From Octopus sinensis (taxonomy: Eukaryota), in contig NC_043005.1 of assembly GCF_006345805.1 (NCBI RefSeq), positions 24,366,001-24,430,000 of the forward strand: a stretch of 64,000 nucleotides of DNA, written 5' to 3'. Shown here piece after piece: positions 13,454 to 26,394 of the stretch (position 1 is its first letter; every line of letters begins with the position of its first letter). Under the pieces are notes generated by a model that made no database searches, was not told the origin of the DNA, and was given only the letters and a program-made list of their open reading frames with translations. The position numbers and the translations under genes are program-made.

Positions 13454-13909
13454 AATAAAGGGTGAAATTAATTAATTTAGAAATAATCATTAATTTCACC
13501 AAGTAGAGTTCGGCATGTAAAAGCCCTATTCAAGGAAGGTTTAAGTAATACTAAGTAATTAAGGGTTTAGCAACGATTTGCCTCACTACACACCGAATTT
13601 AGAAATAGCAGTCAAAAAGTTTTGGCTATTCTTTCTACTTAAAAGGGAGATCCCAGTAAAACTAAAGCACTTAAAAAGCAAACGACGCAGGCAAAAGAGA
13701 AATAAATGACGAAAATCATTCTATATTAAGTCACCTACGGACGTACGTTTCGGAATTAAGTCATTGCAGAGCATAAAAATTAAATAATTATGTCTTACCT
13801 GACTATTAAGTAATTAAGGGTTTAGCAACGAAACCTTTTAAGTAGAAAGAATAGCCAAATCTTTTTGACTGCTATTTCTAAATTCGGTGTGTGGTGAGGC
13901 AAATCGTGC

Positions 13910-13912
<3 letters not shown>
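13450..13912. mobile_element. Rearranged PLE-type repeat with 75-bp inverted arms and a 25-bp direct repeat
   Basis: 13570-13645 is the reverse complement of about 13835-13910; taagtaattaagggtttagcaacga occurs near 13552 and 13807. Confidence 0.65.
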
Positions 13913-13949
<37 letters not shown>

Positions 13950-14484
13950 AGGTAAGAAAATAAAGAGGTAATCAATAAGTATCTATTAATTAAAAAGATT
14001 AGACAACATCGTTGACGGCTAATTGTCGTGCTCGATACTTCTGACGACGACGACCTTATTAGCCGTCGACCGATGGCTTAGACGCACGCGTAACACACGG
14101 ACAGACACACTCGCGGTCGATATCGCCGCGACGACGGCACTTCGATCGCAACGCGATGAGGAAGGTACAATTTAGCTTATATTTAACGGATAAATAGATA
14201 ATCCCATATTGACCGATTTCAGGCTCTGTGCAAACAGAATGAAATAGGTGGTTTAGAGTCTTTTTGACGTCTATTTCTAGCATGTTGGTACCTTTTCAAA
14301 GTACCCTTCATTATGAATATATATTTTTATATATAATATATGTGTATATGTGTGTGTGTGTGTCTGTTATATGTATATATTCATGTATATATATATATAT
14401 GCCGCATATGAATATATACACATATAACAGACACACACACACATATACACATATATTATATATAAAAATTTAATGAATCAGGGG

Positions 14485-14492
14485 CTGCCCGG

Positions 14493-14544
<52 letters not shown>

Positions 14545-14552
14545 CCGGGCAG
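14485..14552. repeat. Perfect 68-bp palindrome CTGCCCGGTTCA-(TA)n-TGAACCGGGCAG
   Basis: 12-bp unique arms symmetric around a self-complementary TA run. Confidence 0.95.
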
Positions 14553-15617
14553 TGAAACTCACCACTTGCTGTTGCTAATGACCCTCACCATCAATTCTTG
14601 CTGAACTAGTTCGCTAATCTGGTCTTTGGAATTTTTGCACCCGGAAAACTGCTTTCAGCTTCCAGCCGCCGGGTTGTCTATTGGTCTTACCTAATTTGAC
14701 TGTTTAGATCACGGATTTGTGGCCGTGTAGCTATCATCCTGAAACTGTTAATGACTTACGGCAAAGTTTTTAGTTAAACAGACGAAAACTTTAAGTACGA
14801 TCCGAATGACTCGTTACAGTTTTTCCAAGTCCATATTAGCACATTGCACTGTTAGAACGACCTGAGAAGGTTTTCGAAACTTTTATACTCTCCTGTCGGC
14901 TACACCTAAGCAATCCTAGTGTGCGACCATGATTTCACCGCAATTGCCTACTAACACTACTAGAAGTGTCTATAAACATCTAAAGAAATGCAGTCGTCTG
15001 TGCATCCATAATCGATGCACACACGATCACAAGTATCATCACGCTACACTGATCCACACTGTATTCTTATCCACAATGACTTGTAAATACACAATAATCG
15101 AGTGTCTCTCGCCAGAAGATTATCATAAAGTATCCGTTGGAGAGCGAGATCATCGAAGCCCTAGCCTGATGAGAAAATGTTATCCTCGTCTGTTCAAACA
15201 AGTATCATCATTTCACCGTTCCATTTCGATGGACGATGTAGTTGACAAGTCGAAAGATGTCGAAAACATTTTTTTCATTATTTGCCTTATTTCTGATTTC
15301 TCTTTCACTGTGAACATTATGATGGCATTCTTGGATCTGTGTGGTTTAAAAAAAAAATTATGGATTTCATTTTCTAAGCGCAAGGTTTCAAACAAGGAGA
15401 AGACCCCATCGCAAGGTTATCATCAAAAGAAGAATGACATTTCAATATTGCGTGTCAATTTTTCCAAATTAACTGCACAAAGAAAGTAATCAATTCATCG
15501 GATTCCTTTTAATGCAAAAAGACAAGTGAGAATTATATGGAAAGTTACAGAGCCAGCCACAAATATCTAGCAGTATTTTAATTGTAACACTTAAAAATAA
15601 GAAAACGTGACGAAATT

Positions 15618-15828
15618 CTTTTCTACTCTAGGCACAAGGCCCGACATTTTGGGGGAGGGAGCCAGTCGATTAGATCGACCCCAGTACGCAACTGGTATTT
15701 AATTTATCGGCCCCGAAAGGATGAAAGGCAAAGTCGACATCAGCGGAATTTGAACTCAGAACGTAAAATCGGAGGAAATTCCGTTAAGCATTTCGCTCGG
15801 CGTGCTAACGATTCTGCCAGCTCACCTG
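15618..15828 (-). mobile_element. tRNA-derived SINE (family of the 32577-33337 array), monomer
   Basis: ccccgaaaggatgaaaggcaaagtcgac..ggaatttgaactcagaacgta..cgtgctaacgattctgccagc. Confidence 0.9.
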
Positions 15829-15849
15829 AATATTCTGAGGAGATGATAA

Positions 15850-17100
15850 CATCACAAAATGTTGTTTAGACATTAGAAAGACGAATAACTGGTGAAAGTA
15901 AATGCTTGCCTTTAGAATACACCACGCAAAACTGACATAAATATTATGTGTACTACGAATACAAGATAGGTGGGGTTTTCATGCAGCTACAAATTTATTA
16001 TAAAATATCCAATGTATGACTCCAAAATATCTAAAGAATAATAGAGAGTTTATGCAAACAGCCACAAACGCTTTTCTGTCTTTAAGTTAGCAACAAAGTA
16101 ATTCAAAGCAGAGGTTTAAATTATAGATATTTGTGAAATGAAGGAGAAAACCACCAGAAATTGCGAAAAGTCTAAAATTTAAGATGAAGCTAAAAGACGC
16201 CACACTACAATGAGAGTAAGAAAAACTCCTACGTAATCAATAACTGTAAGACTGAACAGGAGTAAAATAGCAAAGAAGATTCGCAGAACTCGACTCTGAG
16301 ACTGAAGTATTATTGATTGCGACACGAGATCAAAGCAGCTTTATCGTAAACCATTAAAATCATATAACGAAGCAATGCATCAAGTCATTGCAGAATTTGG
16401 GGAAATAGGGAAGAAAAGATAAACTACATTTATTTCTGGCTTGCTGTTTTTAGTTAGCAAAAATACAACTACCTGTATGGCAGAGTTAGGTTACTGGTAC
16501 GTTGTAAGTAATGAGTCTGATGAGATACTAACGAAAAAGAGTTACGGTTTGTTACCAGCTTAATGAGGCAGTTACAGAAAAGGGAAGAATGCTACTGCTA
16601 TTTAACCATAAGAAACACCATTTCTAATTAGCTACGTGACACAAGCGTTCTGTGTCCTTGAGTTTTCAAACAGGGGAAACGGACACAGAATGTAGCCAAC
16701 TAGAAACGGTGTTTCTTGGGGCTAAATAGCAGTAGCATTCTTCCTTTTCCTTGGACTGCCACATTAAGTTGGCAACAAACCATCACTTTATCGTGCTGCT
16801 ATTGCATAACTGGGAGATTTAGAAATGCAAAAATGAGTTAGTATAAGCATACATCAGAAAAGAACTACGGGAATGACATATCGACCATAGACTAGGATAA
16901 AGCTACCCATAACATACTACAGTCACGGAGAACAAATTGATCGAATGCTGTTGCTAGGATTATGAAGGAACACCGAGAAAGGAAGTACTCCTTAATTAAA
17001 ATGTAAGTCCCAACAAACGTTCGTATATCTCTAAAATAAATGGTGATATCACAGAAATGTAAATATATACACTAGAAATGACCAGAATGCAATTGCTGGA
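15850..17100 (+). pseudogene. Old R4/Dong-type relic (post-RT and RLE region) split by a MITE
   Basis: DSETEVLLIATRDQS (cf. ESEGFILAAQDQSL of the 26-30 kb element), with weaker RLE-like pieces after 16790. Confidence 0.45.
16541..16786. mobile_element. Fold-back MITE
   Basis: Nested inverted repeats: g.tacggtttgtt / aacaaaccatcac; gggaagaatgctactgctattta / taaatagcagtagcattcttcc; ttctgtgtcc / ggacacagaa. Confidence 0.8.
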
Positions 17101-18049
17101 AACCTCTATCATAGAGGTTCAAAATACAATCATATAATCATACAATCAAAACTCCAGCGCTTAGAGATGTACGCAACATTCAGAAAATAACAGTACTATA
17201 ACTGCTGTCACATTTGAAGTATTACGAAGCGTAACTACGTGTAGGATCACATATCCAGTGTGTATATTTTTTTTATGATTTGAGGATAATTTGTTTACAA
17301 CTTTCGGAGTTCGATTTAGACGATTGAACCAGAATAACAGAACAGTGAAAACATTCTGCAACCAATATAAAGCAATATATTTAATAAAATTCAATTGGTA
17401 CAATTGCATTTTCGGTGATCTACTCCAAATAGCAACTGAATTTTCCTCGTGTAACACTCTTCCGTTTTAAAGAAAGAAACGGCAGTTTGCACATGAGTAG
17501 AAAGCGTTTGATCAGAGATCTGCTCGGTTAGAGATGGCTTATTCCAAAATAACAGCAACAGCTCCAACAGAAATAACAAAAACCACAACAGAAGCAACAA
17601 CAACAACAACAAACAAATGAACAACCTTTCTAGCACTTACAAATCTTACGTTCACAAGAAAAGTGAAAGAAACATAACATATTCTGCATGTTGTTTGTTC
17701 CCATAAAAACACTGGTTGCAAAATTTCTCCTTTACATGTCGAAAAACAATTTTAATTAAAATGTAGTCATCTGTGTCAGAAACAAAGCAGTAGATCTAAA
17801 ACGAATCTTTGTGAAACCTAATAAAGTAAATACTATCACGAAATAATAATCTCGAAAACTGCTAAAACCGTTTAAATAAACATTCTGGCTTGCTTTATCT
17901 GAGACCGAGTTACCCGACAAACAACTGTAATTCAAAGAAGTTAAGGAAAATAACAATTTTGCATGAAATTTTAGTTTCATGTAAAATATTGGACTTCGCT
18001 ATAAAATCTGCCTATCTGTACTTCAGACTATCCGTTTATTTACGTATGT

Positions 18050-18053
18050 ATGC

Positions 18054-18129
<76 letters not shown>

Positions 18130-18172
18130 GTCTGTCTGTCTGTCCATTTATCTATCTCTGTCTGTCTATCTA

Positions 18173-18237
<65 letters not shown>

Positions 18238-18282
18238 GTCTGTCTGCCTGTCTATCTATCTGTCTATGTATCTATCTATCTA

Positions 18283-18354
<72 letters not shown>

Positions 18355-18394
18355 AGATAAATAGATAGATAGACAAGTATATAGATAGACAGAA

Positions 18395-18456
<62 letters not shown>
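18050..18456. repeat. Compound (TATC)n/(TGTC)n/(TC)n/(TA)n microsatellite
   Basis: Direct reading of the sequence. Confidence 0.95.
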
Positions 18457-18458
<2 letters not shown>

Positions 18459-18673
18459 GAAGAATTTCAACCGTATTTCGTGGTCTTCTACCACAACAAC
18501 TCCTTTATAGGATCCAGTTAGCTCAAGACATCATCAAGAGGAACCACGTCCGGTTTCGGCCCCTACTCCTCTACCGTTTTGACGTGGCGCCCCCCACCTT
18601 TCGGAGGTGTCTTCAGCACACGCAGTGACACCGAACCCGGAACCGTGTGACTGGGAAGCAAGTTTCTAATATA

Positions 18674-18883
18674 CTCTTTTACTCTTTTACTTGTTTCAGT
18701 CATTTGACTGCGGCCATGCTGGAGCACCGCCTTTTAGTCGAGCAAATCGACCCCGGGATTTATCCTTTGTAAGCCCAATACTTATTCTATCGGTCGCTTT
18801 TACCGAACCGCTAAGTGACGGGGACGTAAACACACCAGCATCGGTTGTCAAGCAATGCTAGGGGGACAAACACAGACACGCAA

Positions 18884-18958
<75 letters not shown>

Positions 18959-19160
18959 ATACATATATATATATGTATATATATATGCATATATACGACG
19001 GGCTTCTTTCAGTTTCCGTCTACCAAATCCAATCACAAGGCACTGGTCAGCCCGGGGCTATAGCAGAAGACACTTGCCCAAGATGCCACGCAGTGGGACT
19101 GAACCCGCAACTATGTGGTTGGTTAGCAAGCTACTTACCACACAGCCACTCCAGCGCCTG
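18674..19160 (-). mobile_element. Full-length tRNA-derived SINE with internal microsatellite
   Basis: Reverse complement of the 5545-6012 family, from the caggcgctggagtggctgtgtggtaag head to the aagtaaaagagt tail. Confidence 0.93.
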
Positions 19161-19685
19161 TTATATTACATATAAACATATATCGATCTCATATTAAATT
19201 CCTGCATGCACTCCGCGAGATTTAAAATGTCAACCAATAAAATACCGTATATGTAAAAAGTTTTGACTTTCGGAAAATTATGACTGTCGCATATGAATTT
19301 GACTTTATAGCTTCTAGTTATTTTGTATTACAACGTTATTTCATATTTCGAGTTCACTTTTATGAAAGCCTTCGATTGTTTTACAATTTTAAGCTTAAGT
19401 TTCGCTGTGGTTTACTTTTATTATTTGTTCACGCATTTAATTAGGTTATATTAATTTATTGTACAATTTCCACATTTTAACATTTTAATATTATATATTC
19501 CAAGCAGTTTTAAAAAATGCTTGCGTATATACGTTATGATGTATATATTTATCTTCGTGTGGACTTTATATATATATGTGTGTATGTATGTATTGTAGGT
19601 ATGTGTATACATGTATTGTAGGTATATGTATATATGTATATGTATGTATGAATGTATTTATATATGTATGTACGTGTATATATAT

Positions 19686-19739
<54 letters not shown>

Positions 19740-20413
19740 GCATGTATTTGTGTATATATTTGTATATTTGTATGCGTGTCTACATGTGTGTGTATTTGTA
19801 TGTATGTTTTTATTTAGGGAGATATGTATGCCGTTTTATGTGTATGTTTTATATGTGTGCGTTTCGCAAGCATTTCACTCTCTCTGCCTCTAGCTATTTT
19901 CCCCTTTCTCTCTCTCTCTCTCTAACATCAAAGATTCTTTGAAAGTGGCCATAGTCAACGTAATGTCCAAAATGAAACAGGACCACTTGATACGAGCATG
20001 TAGATGCTTTAGATCTCATATAAAAGCAGTTGTTGAAGCTGAAGTGGCTTTATTGAATATCATTATTGAAAAGAAGGTTTATTTTTATCCTCATAACATT
20101 TTTGACAAATAAAGTTATTTGTTATTAAATATCTGTTTTTTATAAACATAAATATATCTTCAAATATCTTACGTTCCCTGTATATATGCACTTATATTAC
20201 ATATGCACACATGTATATACACTTATATTCACTTATATATATGCACTTGTATATATGCGCTTATATTACATACGCACACATGTATATACATACATATACA
20301 TATGCATATATATACATGTAATATGTGTGTGTGTATGTGTACATATACATATATATTACAAGTATATATATATGCATATGTATACATATATATTGCATAT
20401 ACACATGTATATA

Positions 20414-20455
<42 letters not shown>

Positions 20456-21115
20456 TGTAAGTATGTGTATGCGTACATATATATTTATGCGTGTGTGAAT
20501 GTATGATTGTATAAGTGTGTGTGTTGCCTGTATGTATATGCGGTGAGACTGATGGTATAACACCATGTCCATCTATCTCACACTACATTGGAATATCAAA
20601 AGACAGGGAAACCCTTGAAGTTAATGCGATATGATAAATAAAAATGTGCGTGTGTTTATGCATTCATGCGTGAATGTAATCTTGTACTATGTATATATGT
20701 AATGTATGGCTACAGCAAAATTTATATTCTGATTGGAAACTGTAATGTTAACCTGAATCACATAGTATTTGTCTAAGCAAACAGAGAACTCCGAAGGTCG
20801 TACTATAACCATATTACACCGAACAAAGTAGCAAATGATTCTTCGCACAAAATAAACACGTAAATTTCTAGATTAAAGAACATAGTTCCAGATAATTATT
20901 AAATCTTCGTATGAGATATATGGATTTGTATAATCTCTGTCTCTCTCTAAACTCTTTCTCTGTCTTTCTCTCTATGTATGTATATAGACATATATATATA
21001 TATACATACATACATACATACATACATACAACACACATATACATACATACATACATACATGCATACATACGTACATACGTACGTACATACATACATACAT
21101 ACATACATACATACA

Positions 21116-21151
<36 letters not shown>

Positions 21152-21190
21152 CACGTGCCACTACGTTCTGAGTTCAAATTCCACCTAGTC

Positions 21191-21464
21191 GTAGTATGTT
21201 GTCAACTTAATGTGACAGTCCTATGAGAGGGAAGAATACTACTGCTATTTAGCCCTAGGAAGCTCCGCTTCCTGTCGGCCTTGAGACATTTCCTATGTCC
21301 TTATGTTTACAAATGAGGAGATAAGCACCTCCACCCAGCAAAGCCAGCATCCAGAGACTAGGAAATGTGTCAAGGCCGACAGGAAGTGGTGCTTCAGGGA
21401 CTAAAAAGCAGAAGCATTCTTCTTTTCCATGGTATGTTGTCACATTAAGTTGACAACATACCAC
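21191..21464. mobile_element. Fold-back MITE (same family as 16541-16786)
   Basis: gtagtatgttgtcaacttaatgtgaca / tgtcacattaagttgacaacataccac outer arms and ttcctgtcggccttga.acatttccta / taggaaatgtgtcaaggccgacaggaa inner arms. Confidence 0.82.
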
Positions 21465-21847
21465 TATTTTATCGTGTTACTACTGTTTAAATCTCTCTGA
21501 GAGATTTGGAAATGTTCGATCAGTTGCTGTAATCAATTTGGGGAAGGTCTGATAGTTGGTTGCTTTGGGCTTAACTCATTAACTCATGGTTAGCTTTAAT
21601 ACTGGCGGCCTTGGGGTCCTTTAGCAGAATCCACTTTGTTGCAGTTGCTATTGCAAGGTTTTCAATTTAAAAATACCTCTATCCCATCCTCTCCCAAACA
21701 TGTCCTGTACATTGCCTTCTCTCTTGACTAAAACGTAAAATATGAGACGATTTTCTCATGCTGACACGAATTTGGATAAAAGCAATCATGGTTTTTCGCT
21801 TGAAGCTTTCGAACGGATGAAATAACTAACGTTGTATGTGTGTATAT

Positions 21848-22247
21848 AGGCGCAGGCGTGGCTGAGTGGTAGGAAGCTTGCTTCCGAACCAAATTGTTCT
21901 GGGTTCAATCACACTGCGTGACACCATGGTCGAGTGTCTTCTACTATAGCCTCGGACCGACCAAAGACTTGTGAGTAGATTTGGTGGATGGAAAGTGAAA
22001 TGAGCCCATCGAATATATATATATGTGTGTGTGTCTTTGTGTCTGCTTTTGTCGCCTCACTATCCCTTGACAACCGATATTGGTGTGTCGGCGTGCTCGT
22101 AATTTAGCGGTTCGGCAAAGGGAATCCGATAGAATAAGTACTAGGCCTGTAAAGAATTAATCCTGGTGTCGATTTCTTCGACTTAAACCATTTCAGGCGG
22201 TGATACAGCATGGCCGCAATTAAATAAACGCAAAATAATAAAAGAAT
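21848..22247 (+). mobile_element. Full-length tRNA-derived SINE
   Basis: Homologous to 5545-6012, with a shorter internal microsatellite. Confidence 0.9.
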
Positions 22248-22319
22248 ATCTCTCTCGCCCTCACTCTCATTCTCTCCCTCTCCGTCTATCTGTCTATCTA
22301 TCTATAATATCTATCGCTG

Positions 22320-22396
<77 letters not shown>

Positions 22397-22499
22397 GCAT
22401 GTGATTGTATGTGCATATATATATATATATATATATGTACATATAATTATATATATATGTGTGTATACGTGTATGTGGTGTATATATTTATATATAATT

Positions 22500-22560
<61 letters not shown>

Positions 22561-22619
22561 ATATAGTGTGTGTATATGTATATATATATATAATATATAT
22601 ATATATATACATATATATA

Positions 22620-24248
22620 CAGTGGCGGTCAAAATGTTCAGAACGGCATTGTTTACGTCAGAAAAGTAGATATAATATTTTATCAAAGTTGTTTTATATT
22701 CTATAATTTTCACATACAATAACTACGATATTATTTGTTATTGCCTAAGATTTTGGTGTAATTTGAGAGGATAATACAAAAGTTATGGATGATTTAGTGA
22801 TTTACTGCAAAACCCATGGCGGCCAAATTGATCAGAACGGTTGCTTTTACTCCGTGTTTTAGTATATTTAACCGGTGAACTTTAATGTTTTGAATTTGTT
22901 CCCGTGTCGGTTCGTTTACTAAACATTAGTAAGAATATTTGCAGTGTACTTTGTTAATATAATGCCACTTACTCCGTTACCAATTCGTCAGCAGATTATT
23001 AAGCTTCGAAGGAAGGATAATTTAAGTATTGGATCTATTGCAAAGATTGTTAACAAGGCAAAAAGTGTTGTACACGGTATTCTTAAGGTCTACGATGATT
23101 GTAGTTCGTGTGAAGCAAGAAAGTTTACAGGTAGGCCGAGAAAAACGACCAAGAGAGAAGATCGTGCTATGGTAAAGTTGGTTAAAAAGGACAGATTTAA
23201 AACTGCTGCTGCTGTTTCTCGGAAAATGAGCATTGTATTGAAGAAAACTTTATCTCGAAAAGCTGTGTCTCGTCCTTTAGTTGAACATGACCTACAAGCA
23301 AGAGCACCTGCAGTGAAGCCACTGACCAGCTCCAAGAATAAAAAGTGTCGTCTTACCTTTGCAACCGAACATGTGTTGTGGTGTCAAGAAAAATGGCAAA
23401 CGGTGCATTTCAGAGATGAATCTAAGTTTATGTTATTTGGCTCAGATGGGAAAAGGTACGTTCGTTGAAAAGTAGGTGAAAAATTGTCGCCTAAATGCCT
23501 TAAGACTAGTGTAAATTCGGTGGAGGAAGTGTCATGGTTTGGGAGATGATATCTGGAGATGGTGTGGGCCCTTTGCTGCGATTACATGGAAAGGTAAATG
23601 CAGGAGTTTATTAACAACTTGTAAAAGATCATGTCTTGCCTGTGCTGAGAAATTCAACTAAGCGACCACCCATATTCATGCAGGTCAATGCCCCATGTCA
23701 CAAGGTTAAGGTGGTCATGAACTTCCTCAAGGCTGAAAAGGTTATTGTTATGGATTGGCCTGCTCAAAGCCCAGATCTCAATCCTATTGAAAATGTATGG
23801 AATATTCTAGGAGAACGTTCGAAAGCCAGAAATCCTAAAACAACTGAGCAATTATGGAATGCCCTTCAGGAAGAATGGAATAAGATCACCTAGCAAGAAA
23901 TTGAAAATTTAATTTCCTCATGCAGTCGAAGATGTCAGAGTGTGATTGAAGCTAAAGGGCTTCACACTAAATATTAAATAATTCCAGTATTCTCTGTCAT
24001 TTTTGATTATTTTGTTATTTTTTTCAACCGTTCTGATCATTTTGGCCGCCATGGGTTTTGCAGTAAATCACTAAATCATCCATAACTTTTGTATTATCCT
24101 CTCAAATTACACCAAAATCTCAGACAATAACAATTAATATTGTATTTATTGTCTATGAAAATTATAGAATATAAAACTACTATGATAAAAACTTATACTT
24201 ACTTTTCTGACGAAAACAATGCCGTTCTGAACATTTTGGCCGCAACTG
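22620..24248 (+). mobile_element. Full-length Tc1-like (DD34E) transposon with ~220-bp IR/DR-type TIRs
   Basis: TA|CAGT...ACTG|TA ends. Each TIR carries two copies of ggcgg.caaa.tg.tcagaacgg (22624-22646 and 22818-22840). Length 1629 bp. Confidence 0.95.
22962..23977 (+). pseudogene. Tc1 transposase pseudogene
   Basis: MPLTPLPIRQQII...TGRPRKTT...FRDESKF...FMQVNAPCH...WPAQSPDLNPIENVW...GLHTKY*. Stops at 23466 and 23891, a frameshift, and the 2nd catalytic Asp reads Val. Confidence 0.93.
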
Positions 24249-24294
24249 TATATATATATACGTGTTTGCGTGCGCAACGCGCGTGTGTGTGACA

Positions 24295-24458
24295 ATGCCG
24301 GCCCTTTGAATTACAGTCGCTACCCATTTTTCCAGCTAAATGAACTGGAGCAACGTGAAACAAGGTGTCTTGCTCAAGGACGCAAAGTGTCGGCGGAATT
24401 CGAACTGATGACCAAACGATCGTGGGCCTCACACTCTAACCACTGAGTGACGCGCCTT
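24295..24458 (-). mobile_element. Truncated tRNA-derived SINE (family of 59654-59972)
   Basis: Head gaaggcgcgtcactcagtggttag..agttcgaattcc, then gtccttgagcaagacac..tttcacgttgctccagt. Confidence 0.85.
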
Positions 24459-24575
24459 CACATTGCACTTATGGATATAACAACGACAAAGAATCAATAA
24501 GCAAATATTGAGAATTTTAAATAATAGGCCATCGGAACAATGGGGAGAAAGAGAGTGAGAAAGAGAAAGAGAGAA

Positions 24576-24622
<47 letters not shown>

Positions 24623-24803
24623 AAGAGAGAGGGACAGATAAGAAAAGTGACAAGCGATCAAAGAAAATGTGAGTTATCCAAGTGTACATGGCTGATTTGG
24701 AAACCAACAGAGATTTAAAATTAATTGACGAAAAATGGAAAGTGTACTTATCGAAATTATGTCTCTTCAAAAACAAGTTGCGATTTTGCGTGTCTTAAAA
24801 TTA

Positions 24804-24859
<56 letters not shown>

Positions 24860-24890
24860 CTTCTACTACTACTACTACTACTTCTACTAC

Positions 24891-25041
24891 AACGGATATT
24901 TGTCCTCATCGTGCTTGTTTTTAACACAACATTTCGGCTGATATACCCTCCAGCCTTCATCAGGTGTCTTGGGGAAATTTCGAACCTAGGTTCTCATTCC
25001 TAAGGTATTTTTCGATGTTATTGTTGTTGTTGTTGTTATTA

Positions 25042-25089
<48 letters not shown>

Positions 25090-25094
25090 TATTA

Positions 25095-25134
<40 letters not shown>

Positions 25135-25209
25135 CGTCACTGACTGGAATCGAATTCGGAATCTCTTGGGGCTAGTAGCTCGCTCTCTTAACCACTACGA
25201 CATATGCCC
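24891..25209 (-). mobile_element. Composite SINE-like element: tRNA-like head, (TAA)n, 3' hammerhead module
   Basis: A-box-like tgtcgtagtgg (25202-25192), B-box-like gaattcgattcc (25157-25146), TAA run 25132-25018, then unique sequence containing an HHR. Confidence 0.7.
24924..24967 (-). ncRNA. Minimal type I hammerhead ribozyme motif
   Basis: ACAC-CTGATGA-A-GGCTG(gagggtatat)CAGCC-GAAAT-GTT-GTGT; stem III is probably a CpG-decayed AACGTT palindrome. Confidence 0.78.
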
Positions 25210-25239
25210 GTGGGCAATTATGGAGTGAATCTTAAGGCT

Positions 25240-25760
25240 TATAAATCTAATATTTTCTATCCTTCCGTAATACCGGTTCCCATATGCAACTCATATCTGC
25301 ACTCGGTGTGCTTAGGAGGTTGTTGTGTCCTAGCATATGTGCTGCTTCTTTTATTTTTTCCAGTGGTGTTCTCTGTCTATTATTTTAACTTCATCCCACA
25401 GGGGTAGGTGGTCTCCATTTTACCATACATGATCATCTATACCCGATTTAACAATATCTCCTCATGTCACAGTTTTGCGATGTTCCTCTACCCTTATTTT
25501 GAAGGGACGGCACGTTTTGCCTTTGTATAACCTACCACAGCTTCATGGAATGGAGTACATGCAGTCTTTGGTCATATTCTCTTCTATTGATGGTTTTACT
25601 CGAAGGTGTTGTCTTTGCGAAGTGTTGTCTTACTTTTGAATACTGTCCGGATGTCATATGTGCCGCATATATCTTTTCTATCTTTTCGGAGAGGCTCTTC
25701 ACATAGGGTATACAGACTGTGGACAGTTTATTGGATTCATTCTCTCTTTTTTCATAATAA
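25240..25760 (-). pseudogene. Penelope/Poseidon-type PLE 3' fragment (GIY-YIG region)
   Basis: With frameshifts: VCIPYVKSLSEKI..I..(Y)DIRTVFKS...DCMYSIPCSCGRLYKG.TCRPFKIRVEEHRK...EAAHMLGHNNLLS. Confidence 0.75.
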
Positions 25761-25809
25761 TAATTACAATAATAATAATAATAATAATAACAACAACAAC
25801 AACAATGAT

Positions 25810-26394
25810 GCAGTAATAGATAGTGGCTCCCATGGCTTCTGAGTATCCTGGTGCAGTACCAAGTGGTGGCTCTCATGGCCTGCGATCTTAACTGATTGCA
25901 AGTGTTATCATGTACGTTGTTTTGTCTTGGTATAAAAGATGGGCTACAGCAAATATTCAGCGCAAAACCACAGAATTGCTTATCAGTTGTTATCCAGTTG
26001 TGCATCTCCCTTAATGGCTGATGTTATGTGCATCTCTGATCACGAGCAGAAGTAGCGGGGGAGCATCATAGCCATGTGTTGAAAGGAATTAATTTGGATC
26101 TGGATAATTCACCTCTGGAAACATGAGTGTTTCGTTCAATATCCTTGAACAGACTTTATTCAGGGACCTTTTGTGCGGGATGGACTACGCAATCTGAGGA
26201 AAATTCTAACTGGACTCCACTTGCAAGGTCATGTGCTGTTTACCTTGATATGAGATAACTATGTCGTGCACATATGGTTGTGATGCATGTACCTGGTGTA
26301 TCCTTATCAGACGGGTAGTCATGATGGGTATACTGGGCTTCGTATATTTGTACCCCAGTGTCACTTTTATGGCATGCACTGCTCTCTCACTCAA

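Noticed and set aside
13730-13790. Hammerhead on the minus strand
   Set aside because: GAAAC-GTAC-GTC and stem I 3' strand are present, but the core reads ctctgcaatga, not CUGANGA.
14929-15489. 186-aa non-repetitive ORF
   Set aside because: No recognisable domain, no clear splice structure, composition not persuasive.
16512-16546. CTGATGA-gatactaac-GAAA hammerhead-like motif
   Set aside because: Stems II and III barely pair and the 3' side is the MITE terminus.
18545-18590. ccacgt...GG..CC-GAAAC-CG...acgtgg three-stem motif (minus)
   Set aside because: No CUGANGA-like core and no NUH triplet.
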